Source: an uncultured archaeon
GTDB taxonomy: Archaea > Asgardarchaeota > Heimdallarchaeia > Heimdallarchaeales > Heimdallarchaeaceae
Assembly (NCBI GenBank): GCA_964549075.1
Contig: CAZJUB010000009.1
Span: 1 to 31,058 of the forward strand
Direction: 5' to 3'
Length of the DNA stretch: 31,058 nucleotides
Shown here: piece by piece, positions 8,835 through 18,332 of the stretch
How the letters are laid out: the number at the start of each line of letters is the position of its first letter
Numbering within the stretch: the first letter of the stretch is position 1
The notes under the pieces: model-generated
What the model was told of the DNA's origin: nothing
Databases searched by the model: none
Seen by the model: the letters and a program-made list of their open reading frames with translations, nothing else
Translations under genes and position numbers: made by a program

Positions 8835-10217
8835 TTAACTAAATGAAATTGGTTCATTTGAGAATATTAATCCGAAGAGTAATCCAGCTAATACTGTAAA
8901 TACTACAACTAATAAAACATAAACCAGATTCTTTTTGTCTCCTATAAATTTGCGAGTTACTAAAATACTTTGGATTGATAATTCTGGATCAGCTAATAGA
9001 TATGCGAGCAATACACCTCTAGACATGCCTAAATCTAGGAATAATTTTGCAATAGGAACTTCCATCAATGTTGGAAAATAAGCTACTACTCCAAATGTGA
9101 CACCAGTAAGGTTAGCAACCACTGTATTACTACCAGCTACACTCTCGATAAATTCTGGAGGAATTAGTTGTCTTAACATACCAGCTATAAAAACTCCTAT
9201 AATAAGATATGGAAAAATCTTTTTGACAAAGATCCATGTTTCAGACATCCATTCTTTACTATCTTCTTTATCAAATTTTATTATTGTATAAACAAGTATC
9301 ACTACTCCAACTATGCTTGAGAGAACTGCTTTCATCCCCATATTTGCCAAATTTACTTTAAAAGCTTCAGATGAAAAATATTCCAAAGTTCCTACTAATT
9401 CAGCTCCTCCTCCTCCATTTGTTGAGAAATAACTTATTTGAGATGTGCCTGTAAAGAGAAGATATATTAAACCAAGAAAGATGTTTATCTTTGCATTTTT
9501 GAGAATTAAACAACAAACAACTAATAATACTACTCCTGTTCCCCATATGATTGTTTGAATTAAAGCTGGATTGTTTACGCCAATAATTTGCAAGTTGCTC
9601 TTATTAAGAAATGCAATAAACACTCCGATAACAACAATCAAGCTAACAATCAATCCTTTTACGATATTAACTGCCTTTAACTCCCTTCTTTCTTTAATTT
9701 CAGGTTGTCGATTTTTTTCCTCTAATTCTTCTTTTTCTTCCGATTTTTTTAGTTTATTTTTCCTATCACGGAAAATTAAATCCATAATTAAACCAATCAA
9801 GATTGAAAATACAAAAGCAAGTATAGCTCTTGCTATTGCTATGTCTGGACCTATTAAAGTACCTGTATAAGTTAGTGCTAAGATATTTACAGCAGGCGCA
9901 GAAAACAAAAATGTCATTGCTGGTCCAAGTCCAGCACCTTTTTTCTTAATTCCTGCGAATAAAGGAAGAACTGTGCATGAACAAACTGCTAGTAAGAAAC
10001 CTGAAATCGCTGCTACTGGATAAGCTATTATTTTTCTTGCATCTTTTCCCATATATTTTATTATCATATCTTTTGGAACAAAAACTATCATTGCTCCTGC
10101 TATAAAAAATGCTGGGATTAAGCAAAGTAATACGTGTAATGACAAATAGTCAGCGAGAGCTAGGACTCCTCCTAAAAGTACTTCTCCTAACTTCGCAATC
10201 CAAATTAAGCTCACCAT
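8835..10217 (-). CDS. arsP: ArsP/DUF318 family permease
   Basis: CLIPAFFIAGA, LLAVCSCTVLPLF, GPAMTFLFSAPAVN, YFPTLMEVPI; ars gene context. Confidence 0.85.
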   Translation of the reverse strand: MVSLIWIAKLGEVLLGGVLALADYLSLHVLLCLIPAFFIAGAMIVFVPKDMIIKYMGKDARKIIAYPVAAISGFLLAVCSCTVLPLFAGIKKKGAGLGPAMTFLFSAPAVNILALTYTGTLIGPDIAIARAILAFVFSILIGLIMDLIFRDRKNKLKKSEEKEELEEKNRQPEIKERRELKAVNIVKGLIVSLIVVIGVFIAFLNKSNLQIIGVNNPALIQTIIWGTGVVLLVVCCLILKNAKINIFLGLIYLLFTGTSQISYFSTNGGGGAELVGTLEYFSSEAFKVNLANMGMKAVLSSIVGVVILVYTIIKFDKEDSKEWMSETWIFVKKIFPYLIIGVFIAGMLRQLIPPEFIESVAGSNTVVANLTGVTFGVVAYFPTLMEVPIAKLFLDLGMSRGVLLAYLLADPELSIQSILVTRKFIGDKKNLVYVLLVVVFTVLAGLLFGLIFSNEPISFS

Positions 10218-10232
10218 TTATATCAGTTGTTC

Positions 10233-10252
10233 ATATCGAAATTATTCGATAT
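10233..10252. promoter_or_regulatory. Putative ArsR operator upstream of arsP
   Basis: Perfect inverted repeat ATATCGAA-atta-TTCGATAT between a minus-strand TTTATAT box and the arsP start. Confidence 0.75.
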
Positions 10253-10343
10253 ATAAATTTGGTGGTTGAGCTCAGTGAGATGAGTATAAAAATGGGTTTT
10301 GATAGAAAGTTTTATCTCATTATATATAAATTGTGAACTGAAA

Positions 10344-10763
10344 ATGACTAACAAGCATGAACAAACAAAAAATGAACTTGAGCAAAAATTGTCTCAATTA
10401 TATGAGCAAGGAATTGTAACTGAATTAGCTAAAGAAAGGATTTCTGATTTAGAAGAAATAGAAAAACTCATACCTGGTATGAAGAAGGATGAACAGATAA
10501 ACAAGTTGCTAAAATTGTTCAAAGCTTTAGCAAATAAGAATCGTCTTTTAATTCTCTGGCTATTAATGAATGGTGTTAGATGTGCTTGTGAAATAGAACA
10601 TTTACTCAACTTATCTCAATCAACAGTGTCGCATCATATTAACTCTTTAGTCGAAGTTGGTGCTATTGATGCAGTGAAATCAGGTAAATGGAATCTAGTG
10701 GAGTTAGAAGAAAAAGCCTTTACCAAAGAATTCTTTCTCTCTTTACTGAGTTCGATCATTTAG
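10344..10763 (+). CDS. arsR: ArsR/SmtB family transcriptional repressor
   Basis: FKALANKNRLLIL, RCACEIEHLL (alpha3 Cys motif), LSQSTVSHHINSL. ATG 10344 preferred over TTG 10299. Confidence 0.9.
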   Translation: MTNKHEQTKNELEQKLSQLYEQGIVTELAKERISDLEEIEKLIPGMKKDEQINKLLKLFKALANKNRLLILWLLMNGVRCACEIEHLLNLSQSTVSHHINSLVEVGAIDAVKSGKWNLVELEEKAFTKEFFLSLLSSII

Positions 10764-10793
10764 ATCACTTTTTTCCAATGCATAGATTTTTAA

Positions 10794-10809
10794 ATCGATT
10801 TTTTTCGAT
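10794..10809. promoter_or_regulatory. Putative ArsR operator upstream of acr3
   Basis: ATCGA-tttttt-TCGAT, the same 5-6-5 core as 10235-10250, just after a TTTTAAA box. Confidence 0.7.
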
Positions 10810-10825
10810 ATGTGTGTGAGGACTT

Positions 10826-11857
10826 ATGAGTGACAATGCAAAACTTTCAGTTCTAAACAAATTTCTCTACATATGGATAGGTTTAGCAATGGTTCTTGGT
10901 GTTTTACTAGGAAAATTTATTCCTGGTATTACTGAATGGTTTGACAAATTCCGTTTTGATACTGTCTCAATACCAATAGCTATAGGTTTACTCTGGATGA
11001 TGTATCCTGTGTTAGCAAAGGTGAAATATGAAAAGTTAAGAGAAGTTACAAAAGATTGGAAGGTCTTTTCATATTCCATGTTTCTTAATTGGGCTATTGG
11101 ACCATTTGTGATGTTTGGCTTAGCAAAATTATTTTTATCAAATTATCCAGAATATCAAATTGGTTTGATTCTTGTTGGAATTGCTCGTTGTATTGCAATG
11201 GTTCTTATCTGGAATCTACTCGCAGGAGGAGATAATGAAAAAGCTGCAATTTTAGTTGCTGTAAATTCAATATTACAAATATTCCTTTATTCAGTTTATG
11301 CTTATTTTTTGATAGGTACATCATTAGATATTTCGATGTGGGATGTAGCTAAGAACGTTCTTATTTATCTTGGAATACCTCTTGTAGCTGGTTTTCTAAC
11401 AAGATTCTCATTAATAAAAATCAAAGGAAAGGATTGGTATGAAGAAAAACTTATGCCTAAATTAAGTCCAACAGCAATGATCGGTCTATTATTTACTATT
11501 ATAGTTATGTTTGCTATGCAAGGAGAAACGATTATTCAAAATCCTGTTGATATCCTTAGAATATCTGTCCCACTATTGTTCTATTTTATTTTGATGTTTG
11601 GTTTCAGTTTCATATCTTCTTGGTTACTAAAATTCAAGTATGCAGATACCGTTACTATTTCATTTACAGCTGCAAGTAATAATTTTGAATTAGCAATTGC
11701 TGTAGCTGTTGGGATATTTGGTATTGCTTCCAAACAAGCCCTTGCGACAACAGTAGGACCTCTGATTGAAGTTCCAGTTCTCTTAGCATTAGTCTATGTA
11801 GCAAGATGGGCTAGAAAAAAAATGTTTAAACTTGAAACAGTGGCTTCTAGTGAATGA
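10826..11857 (+). CDS. acr3: ACR3 family arsenite efflux transporter
   Basis: MMYPVLAKV, NWAIGP, GIARCIAMVLIWN, ASNNFELAIAVA, VGPLIEVPVL. Confidence 0.96.
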   Translation: MSDNAKLSVLNKFLYIWIGLAMVLGVLLGKFIPGITEWFDKFRFDTVSIPIAIGLLWMMYPVLAKVKYEKLREVTKDWKVFSYSMFLNWAIGPFVMFGLAKLFLSNYPEYQIGLILVGIARCIAMVLIWNLLAGGDNEKAAILVAVNSILQIFLYSVYAYFLIGTSLDISMWDVAKNVLIYLGIPLVAGFLTRFSLIKIKGKDWYEEKLMPKLSPTAMIGLLFTIIVMFAMQGETIIQNPVDILRISVPLLFYFILMFGFSFISSWLLKFKYADTVTISFTAASNNFELAIAVAVGIFGIASKQALATTVGPLIEVPVLLALVYVARWARKKMFKLETVASSE

Positions 11858-12005
11858 ATATACTAAATTTTAATTAGAAGTTGTTTCAGCTTTTTAGTCT
11901 CGAATATTTTTGTCGATTTTATTATTTTTTTTAATCATAGTGATGGAGAAATCTTTAAAGTGAATAGTGTAAAAGAACCTTAACAACATCTGGGTGTATA
12001 GAATT

Positions 12006-13250
12006 ATGTATGATCAATTTAGTGAAATTGGACCACACTTTGAATTAAGTGAAACTCATAAAATGGTCCGTCAAAGTGTAAGGGAATTTGCAGAAGCTGA
12101 GATTGCTCCTTATGTAAAAGAGTGGGATCAAGCTCATACCTTTCATCGACCCATCTTAAAAAAGATGGCTGAACAAGGTATTTTAGGTTTAAGTATTCCT
12201 GTGAAATATGGTGGTGGAGGTTTAGATTACATCTCCCTAGCAGTTGCTTGTGAAGAGTTGGAACGTATTGACACATCTTTTAGAGTTATCCTCTCTGTTC
12301 ATAATGGTTTAGTTAGCTCAACCATTTGGCAATGGGGGAATATGGAACAGAAAAAACAATATCTCCCTATACTTACTGCTGGGGAAAAGATGAGTACTTT
12401 TGGTTTAACAGAACCTGCTGCTGGAAGTGATCCTGCTGGATTGAAAGCTAGGTGTCGTCTTGAAGGAGACGAATGGATTATTAATGGAGAAAAAATGTGG
12501 ATAAGTTATACTGAATCTTCAGATATATTCTTAGTTTTTGCATATGAGGAGAATGTTAGACATAAAGGAATGAGAGCGTTTATAGTTGAACGTGATTTTG
12601 GAGGTATAACTACTGGTAACATAGAACATAAAATGGGAGTGAAAGCAGGAGAAACTGGCTGGATGCATCTTGATAATACTCCTGTTCCAAAAGAGAATTT
12701 ACTTGGTTTACCTGACGAAGGTTTTAAAGTTGCTATGGCTGGACTTGATTGGGGTCGTTATACAGTTGCAGGTGGAGCTGTGGGAGGAGCAAAAGCTTCC
12801 TTAGAAGCTGCTGTCAAATATGCAAATGAAAGAGAAACTTTTGGAAAGAAAATTGGAGAGCACCAATTTGTACAAGGTATGATTGCAGATAGTGTTGCTG
12901 ATATCGAAGCCGCTGAGCTTTTAGTCTGGAAAGCAGGGTGGACAAAGAATCGTGGAAGAATAAACACTCGTGAAACTTCAATGGCTAAATGGTATGCAAC
13001 TAATGCAGCTGTTAGATGTGCAGATAGAGCAATACAGATTCATGGAGCATATGGTTTTTGTGATGATTATCCAGTAGCAAGATATTATAGAAATGTTCGT
13101 GGAGCTACAATCTACGAAGGAAGTAACGAAATACAGAAAATAATCCAAGCAAGATATGCACTTGGGTACTATGAGGATAAACCTCTAAGATGTATGCCAC
13201 CCGTATATGACCCAGATGAGTGGGCAAAAGAGGATACAGATAAATTCTGA
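12006..13250 (+). CDS. Acyl-CoA dehydrogenase
   Basis: FGLTEPAAGSD, INGEKMWIS, RETFGKKI, QIHGAYG, IYEGSNEIQ. ATG 12006 (track start is GTG 11994). Confidence 0.94.
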   Translation: MYDQFSEIGPHFELSETHKMVRQSVREFAEAEIAPYVKEWDQAHTFHRPILKKMAEQGILGLSIPVKYGGGGLDYISLAVACEELERIDTSFRVILSVHNGLVSSTIWQWGNMEQKKQYLPILTAGEKMSTFGLTEPAAGSDPAGLKARCRLEGDEWIINGEKMWISYTESSDIFLVFAYEENVRHKGMRAFIVERDFGGITTGNIEHKMGVKAGETGWMHLDNTPVPKENLLGLPDEGFKVAMAGLDWGRYTVAGGAVGGAKASLEAAVKYANERETFGKKIGEHQFVQGMIADSVADIEAAELLVWKAGWTKNRGRINTRETSMAKWYATNAAVRCADRAIQIHGAYGFCDDYPVARYYRNVRGATIYEGSNEIQKIIQARYALGYYEDKPLRCMPPVYDPDEWAKEDTDKF

Positions 13251-13271
13251 TCTTCACTTCTCTTCTTTTTT
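13251..13271 (+). terminator. Pyrimidine/T-rich archaeal-type terminator
   Basis: TCTTCACTTCTCTTCTTTTTT immediately after the stop codon, in a convergent gap. Confidence 0.45.
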
Positions 13272-13432
13272 GAACTTAGCAAGAAATGAGTAAACTCTTT
13301 TGCAAATAAATGAATTTGAAAACTACTAATAGATTTTAACATCATATAACTAAGCTTAATATGGGTTGGTCAATTCACCATCTTGAAAAGAGTAAAAATC
13401 TGCAAAACCAAAAATTTTGCAGAAATAATTAT

Positions 13433-14899
13433 CTATGTTTTCTTAGCTTTCTCCTTTTTTTTCTTCATTTTTTCAGCGGTTTTATGAATACTCTCAAAGA
13501 ATGGGTCAAAATTACCCAAATAAATTGTCGGTAGAGAAAGTAAGAAGAATAAAGCTACTATAGGACCTAACCATTTTAATCCAATACCTGATCTGAATGT
13601 CAGGTGAACTGGAAACTTTTCTAAACTTAATATTAAAGATGTAACAATTCCTGTACTATGGGGGGTATAAAGAATAGGAACTAAAAGATAAGCAGTTGCT
13701 TGAAAGATGTTAAGAGGAATCGAGTTGAATCCTGTATACATGCCTGCTCTAGATTCGTTAGTTTTCCTTTCATCTTCATCTGCTAAATCTCCAATTATAG
13801 CATTTGGGAAGAGATATGTTGTTGATAATCCAAAACCAAGAAGAAGACCAAAGATCCAAGTTTGGATATTGTTGGGAATAAAAGGTATCTTACCTAATAC
13901 TAATGTTAATGGTAAGATTACTATTAAACAACCATAACTTATGAACAGTCCCTTACGCTTTCCTATCCTTTTGGACATCTTTTCCCAAAAGATGAAACTT
14001 ACCATTGTTGTACCAAACATTGCTATTGCAAAAACAGCAAAATCCAGCATCCCCGTCAGTCCTAAAAAACTAATCAAATTGAAGGTTAAAGCTGTTAAAA
14101 TTGTTAATCCCATAGAGTAAATGCCTTGAGTGATGAACCAAAGAACGTAATTTCTATTAGACAAAACTATTTTGAACTCTCTAAGAACATTTCTTTCTTT
14201 TCTTGTAACAGGTTCTTCTTTGACTTTAAGAAGAACGGGTAAGAATGCAGCAACCTCAATTAAAGCAAATATAACAACTACAATTAAAAGAATGAGTCCC
14301 AATCTACCCTTAAGAGCGTTTATCGCTCCAACTTTCTTAATTTGATCATCAAGCATCCCTGAGAAAATAAATGCAAATGCTAAGCCTCCTACAGTAGCAA
14401 CAAGATTAGCTGTGTTTTGCAATCCTGACATGGCAACTCTATCATCTTCCGTTGTAACTTCAGGCATCCAAGCTTGATATGGTGTTGTTAAATAACCATA
14501 GAAGAGGTTGAACAAGGAATTCCAAATCAGCAACCAAGCAAAAATTAAGGCGTCATCTCCAATTGGTATAAAGTAATGAGGAATAAATATCATGACGAAG
14601 GATAATGCTAAAATTGGTGCTCCCGTCCACACAAAGAATTTTCTTCTTCCCCATCTAGGATTCTTCAGGATGTCCGAAATATAGCCGAATATAAAACCTG
14701 AAAATGCAATTATAATCTTCCCTACTGCATTTCCTACTGCATTCAATGTTTGATCTAACTCAAATGCTGTGCTATATATGTAAACAATTGCGATTGTAAC
14801 AATTTGCATGAAAATTGCAGTGCCAAATTTAGCAAAACCAAATGCTACTCTCTGCCCTCTAGTCAGCTTATGACTTACAGTACCTTCTACTACAGCCAT
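13433..14899 (-). CDS. MFS transporter, GPH/MelB-like family (paralogue of 649..2013)
   Basis: GNAVGK, FGYISD...GRRK, PYQAWMPEV, GDLADEDE...RAGMYTGF. Start uncertain (14899, 14905 or 14920). Confidence 0.87.
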   Translation of the reverse strand: MAVVEGTVSHKLTRGQRVAFGFAKFGTAIFMQIVTIAIVYIYSTAFELDQTLNAVGNAVGKIIIAFSGFIFGYISDILKNPRWGRRKFFVWTGAPILALSFVMIFIPHYFIPIGDDALIFAWLLIWNSLFNLFYGYLTTPYQAWMPEVTTEDDRVAMSGLQNTANLVATVGGLAFAFIFSGMLDDQIKKVGAINALKGRLGLILLIVVVIFALIEVAAFLPVLLKVKEEPVTRKERNVLREFKIVLSNRNYVLWFITQGIYSMGLTILTALTFNLISFLGLTGMLDFAVFAIAMFGTTMVSFIFWEKMSKRIGKRKGLFISYGCLIVILPLTLVLGKIPFIPNNIQTWIFGLLLGFGLSTTYLFPNAIIGDLADEDERKTNESRAGMYTGFNSIPLNIFQATAYLLVPILYTPHSTGIVTSLILSLEKFPVHLTFRSGIGLKWLGPIVALFFLLSLPTIYLGNFDPFFESIHKTAEKMKKKKEKAKKT

Positions 14900-14952
14900 A
14901 AACATCTGTTGAGATTGCAATTATAAAAAAATTGTGTGAAAAAGATGAGTTT

Positions 14953-15954
14953 TTATCTCATTTTTTCTTGATAATAATAATTTGGTTTGTAAGTTAATGG
15001 CCACTCAGGTTCATTATCTAGAATCTCGTGTATTTGTTCTAGTATATCTTTTGATAAAACTATATCTGATGCTTTAACATTTTCAATAACATGTTCTGGC
15101 TTAGTAGCACCTGTGATAGCTGCTGATATTTCAGGTCTCCTTAAAATCCAAGCTAGAGCTAATTGACTTGTACTTATATCTAATGATTGAGCAATTTCTC
15201 CAAGTTTTTTTACTTTGTTTATATTTTCTTCAGTTAAGTTTTTCTTCAAAAATTCAGATCTTTCAGCTCGGCTTCCTTCTGGTATCCCTTCATTGTATTT
15301 TCCAGTTAACATTCCTTGTGCAAGGGGAGACCAAACTGTGAATCCCATACCATGAGTTTTAGCAACTGGCATAATCTCCATTTCGATATAACGGGTAAAC
15401 ATGTTATAAAGAGGTTGTTCTACAATGGGTCGGTGTGCCCTTATGTCCTTTGCAATAGCATTTGCTCGTTCAAGTTGTGCAGCTGTCCAAACTGAAGTAC
15501 CCCAGTACCTGACTTTACCATCATGAATTAAATCATCAAGAACCTCCACAGTTTCGTGTAATGGTGTCATATAATCATATCTGTGCATATAATAAATGTC
15601 AATATAATCCATATTTAGTCGTTCCAGAGTTCCTTCAATAGATTCCATGATGTTTCTACGACTTAATCCCCATCGATTTATGTCATGATCATTCATTGGC
15701 CAGAAGACTTTACTTGAAATAACAAGATCTTTTCTATCATAAGTTTCATCTGCAAGAAATTCAGCAATTACCTTTTCTGCTCCTCCACGGGCGTAAATTT
15801 CCGCTGAATCAATGAAATTAATACCATTTTCTATTGCTGTTGCCATACACTTTTTGGCAATCTCATCTTCAACAGAACCTCCATAAGTTAGCCAAGAACC
15901 TAAAGAAATTTCACTAATTTTAAGACCCGATTTACCTACTTTTCTATATTTCAT
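14953..15954 (-). CDS. Aldo/keto reductase (Kv-beta/YghZ-like)
   Basis: SGLKISEISLGSWLT, FIDSAEIY, SSKVFW, DIYYMHRYD, WSPLAQGMLTGKY. Confidence 0.93.
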   Translation of the reverse strand: MKYRKVGKSGLKISEISLGSWLTYGGSVEDEIAKKCMATAIENGINFIDSAEIYARGGAEKVIAEFLADETYDRKDLVISSKVFWPMNDHDINRWGLSRRNIMESIEGTLERLNMDYIDIYYMHRYDYMTPLHETVEVLDDLIHDGKVRYWGTSVWTAAQLERANAIAKDIRAHRPIVEQPLYNMFTRYIEMEIMPVAKTHGMGFTVWSPLAQGMLTGKYNEGIPEGSRAERSEFLKKNLTEENINKVKKLGEIAQSLDISTSQLALAWILRRPEISAAITGATKPEHVIENVKASDIVLSKDILEQIHEILDNEPEWPLTYKPNYYYQEKMR

Positions 15955-16128
15955 AATATCACGTGTTATTAGACTTTAGATAACAGATAAAAGAATATAA
16001 TAAAAAGAATGTGGATTTTCAATTTTTTTCGCCTACAAGGTTTTTTCTCAACTAAATATTCTATAATTTTAAAGTCATAAGCAAAAATTCTTAATGTAAG
16101 ATTACAAGTTTTGACTTGGTGTTAATGC

Positions 16129-17301
16129 ATGGTTTCAAATAGTGAAGTCATATCATACTTTGAAACTCCCAAAGCCCCCCTTCCTCTGAATTTTATCGCT
16201 AAAGGAGTATTGGGAGTAAAGACTATAATTGCTGCAATTAATCCTAGATCAACAGAAGAAGTAATAAGAGGAATTTTACGCGCAGCAAAGAAAAATCAGT
16301 CTGTAGTTATTTTCGAACTTGCTTTAAGTGAGATGTCTCTTAGTGGTGGATATACTGGGTATACTCCACAAAAATTTGCTGACAGATGTAAAAGCGCAGC
16401 ATCAAAAGAGGGATGGTTCGCATATGCTCTACATGCAGATCATCTTACTGTAAAGAAAGGTACGGAAGAAGAAATTTCTAATGTGAAGAGGGAGATTGAA
16501 GCAAGAGTAAAGAGTGGTTTTACTGGATTTGCTATAGATACTTCTTTCCTGTTTAATACTGAAGCTAAAGAGGTCGTTGGTCATTTGCAGAATATTATCT
16601 CTAAGGGTATCATCCTTTTCAATTTCCTGAAAGAACAAATGGGGCAAAAAGAGTATGGTCTTGAAGGAGAGGTAGGAGAGATTGGAATTGCAGAATTCAC
16701 ATCTGTTGAAGAAGCTTTACATTATGTAAAGAGCTTAGCAGAGAATGATATATATATCGATTTTCTAGCTATAGCAAATGGTTCTACACATGGTATTAGT
16801 GTCAATGCAAAGGGAGAGGTCGTACCTCAACTTGGAATAAATATTCAGAGAACAGTTGAAATTGCTGATGAACTAAAACATCAAGGTTTCTCTACCCGAA
16901 TAGCTCAACATGGTACTACTGGAACTCCAATTGACATAATCGCTTCAACATTTCCACATGGTAGTATCACTAAAGGTAATGTTGGTACTTATTGGCAGTT
17001 GTTAGTCTACGATATTCTAAAAGAATATGAACCCAAACTCTATGTAAAAATGAGAAAATGGGTTTTGGAAACCTATGGTAAACCTGATGTTGAAGAAGAA
17101 ACAACTTTTTCAAAAAGCTCTAAATATGCTTGGAAAGAGTTTTTCGATGATGTTGAGAATGTAAGTGTTCAAACAAAAAACGCAATTATTGATAAAGCAG
17201 AGAACGATATGCATGAATTTATCAAAGCCTTTAAAATGGAAAATACTGCTGTAAATTGCTTTACATATATGTTTAATAACAATTTATTTGACAAATATTA
17301 G
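16129..17301 (+). CDS. fba: Class II (metal-dependent) fructose-bisphosphate aldolase family
   Basis: LHADH, AIDTS, EGEVG, AIANGSTHG, AQHGTTG, KGNVGT. Confidence 0.9.
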   Translation: MVSNSEVISYFETPKAPLPLNFIAKGVLGVKTIIAAINPRSTEEVIRGILRAAKKNQSVVIFELALSEMSLSGGYTGYTPQKFADRCKSAASKEGWFAYALHADHLTVKKGTEEEISNVKREIEARVKSGFTGFAIDTSFLFNTEAKEVVGHLQNIISKGIILFNFLKEQMGQKEYGLEGEVGEIGIAEFTSVEEALHYVKSLAENDIYIDFLAIANGSTHGISVNAKGEVVPQLGINIQRTVEIADELKHQGFSTRIAQHGTTGTPIDIIASTFPHGSITKGNVGTYWQLLVYDILKEYEPKLYVKMRKWVLETYGKPDVEEETTFSKSSKYAWKEFFDDVENVSVQTKNAIIDKAENDMHEFIKAFKMENTAVNCFTYMFNNNLFDKY

Positions 17302-17306
17302 GATTG

Positions 17307-18230
17307 ATGAAAATGGATATTGAAAAATATCATACAATTGATTCTTACCTTGACGAAATACAACCTGATGATTTACGTGAAATTCTTCGATCGCTTATTG
17401 AGATAAGTCTTGACGTGCCTAAACAGATTTTAACTTTTCTACTTGGCGAAAATGATTATTCTGGAACGTTAAATCTTTCTGGTGATAAACAACTCAGTCT
17501 TGATATTGCTACACAGGAATTGTTCTTACAACGGATGCCTAATAATCTGTATAGTTTACTTCTTGGCGAAGAAACAGATGAAGATAACATTATGACCGGA
17601 ACTGGAGAGTTTATTATTCTCGGTGATTTTATAGATGGTTCTTCAATTATAAGAACTAGAAGCCCTGGAGCTATCGTGAATGTAATTGATAAAACCGGAC
17701 ATACCGTAGCAGCACTAACTGTTAGTTATACTTTATACCTCCGATTTGATTTAGCAACAGAATTGGGTTTTATACAATTTGTCCATGATCGTCAGGAATT
17801 TCGAGTGATCAGAGATAACTTGAATATAAGTCCAAGTAAGAATCCTGTTTTTGGCTTAGGGGGCAAATACAATGATCACTCTGCAAAAGAGAAACTTTTC
17901 GTTGATGCTTTAGATATAAAAGGAAAAACTAGATACGGAGGTTGTATGGTTCAAGACATGAACAATGTTTTTGAAAAAACTGGAGTCTTTGGTTATTTCT
18001 CACCGAAATTACGTTTCTGTTATGAAATAATCCCCTATTTATATATACTTTCAAAGGTGAATGGTGCGGGATTTTACATTACCGCAGATGGTCATGAAAT
18101 CAAATATGAAGAAATAAAACCTCTCGATGTTCATAAGTTGACCTCCTTGCATTACTTACATCAAAGAGCTGGATTCGTTGGTGGTTCTAAGGATTTAATA
18201 GATCTCTGGTTTAAGATAGATGCCTTATAA
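17307..18230 (+). CDS. Class I FBPase/SBPase-family sugar bisphosphatase, divergent
   Basis: GDKQLSLD, LGEE, DFIDGSS, RYGGCMVQD, KLRFCYE, HQR. Confidence 0.8.
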   Translation: MKMDIEKYHTIDSYLDEIQPDDLREILRSLIEISLDVPKQILTFLLGENDYSGTLNLSGDKQLSLDIATQELFLQRMPNNLYSLLLGEETDEDNIMTGTGEFIILGDFIDGSSIIRTRSPGAIVNVIDKTGHTVAALTVSYTLYLRFDLATELGFIQFVHDRQEFRVIRDNLNISPSKNPVFGLGGKYNDHSAKEKLFVDALDIKGKTRYGGCMVQDMNNVFEKTGVFGYFSPKLRFCYEIIPYLYILSKVNGAGFYITADGHEIKYEEIKPLDVHKLTSLHYLHQRAGFVGGSKDLIDLWFKIDAL

Positions 18231-18244
18231 TTCTCTTTTTTTTT
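18231..18244 (+). terminator. Poly-T archaeal-type terminator
   Basis: TTCTCTTTTTTTTT directly after the stop, followed by a TATA-like CTTAAATT and a GGTGA RBS for the next gene. Confidence 0.5.
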
Positions 18245-18332
18245 ACTTTACAAATCTTTAGGCAAAAACTTAAATTAAGTGTTCATAATATGTATCAACT
18301 ACCCGTATTATTTAATTAGGTGAACTTAACTA

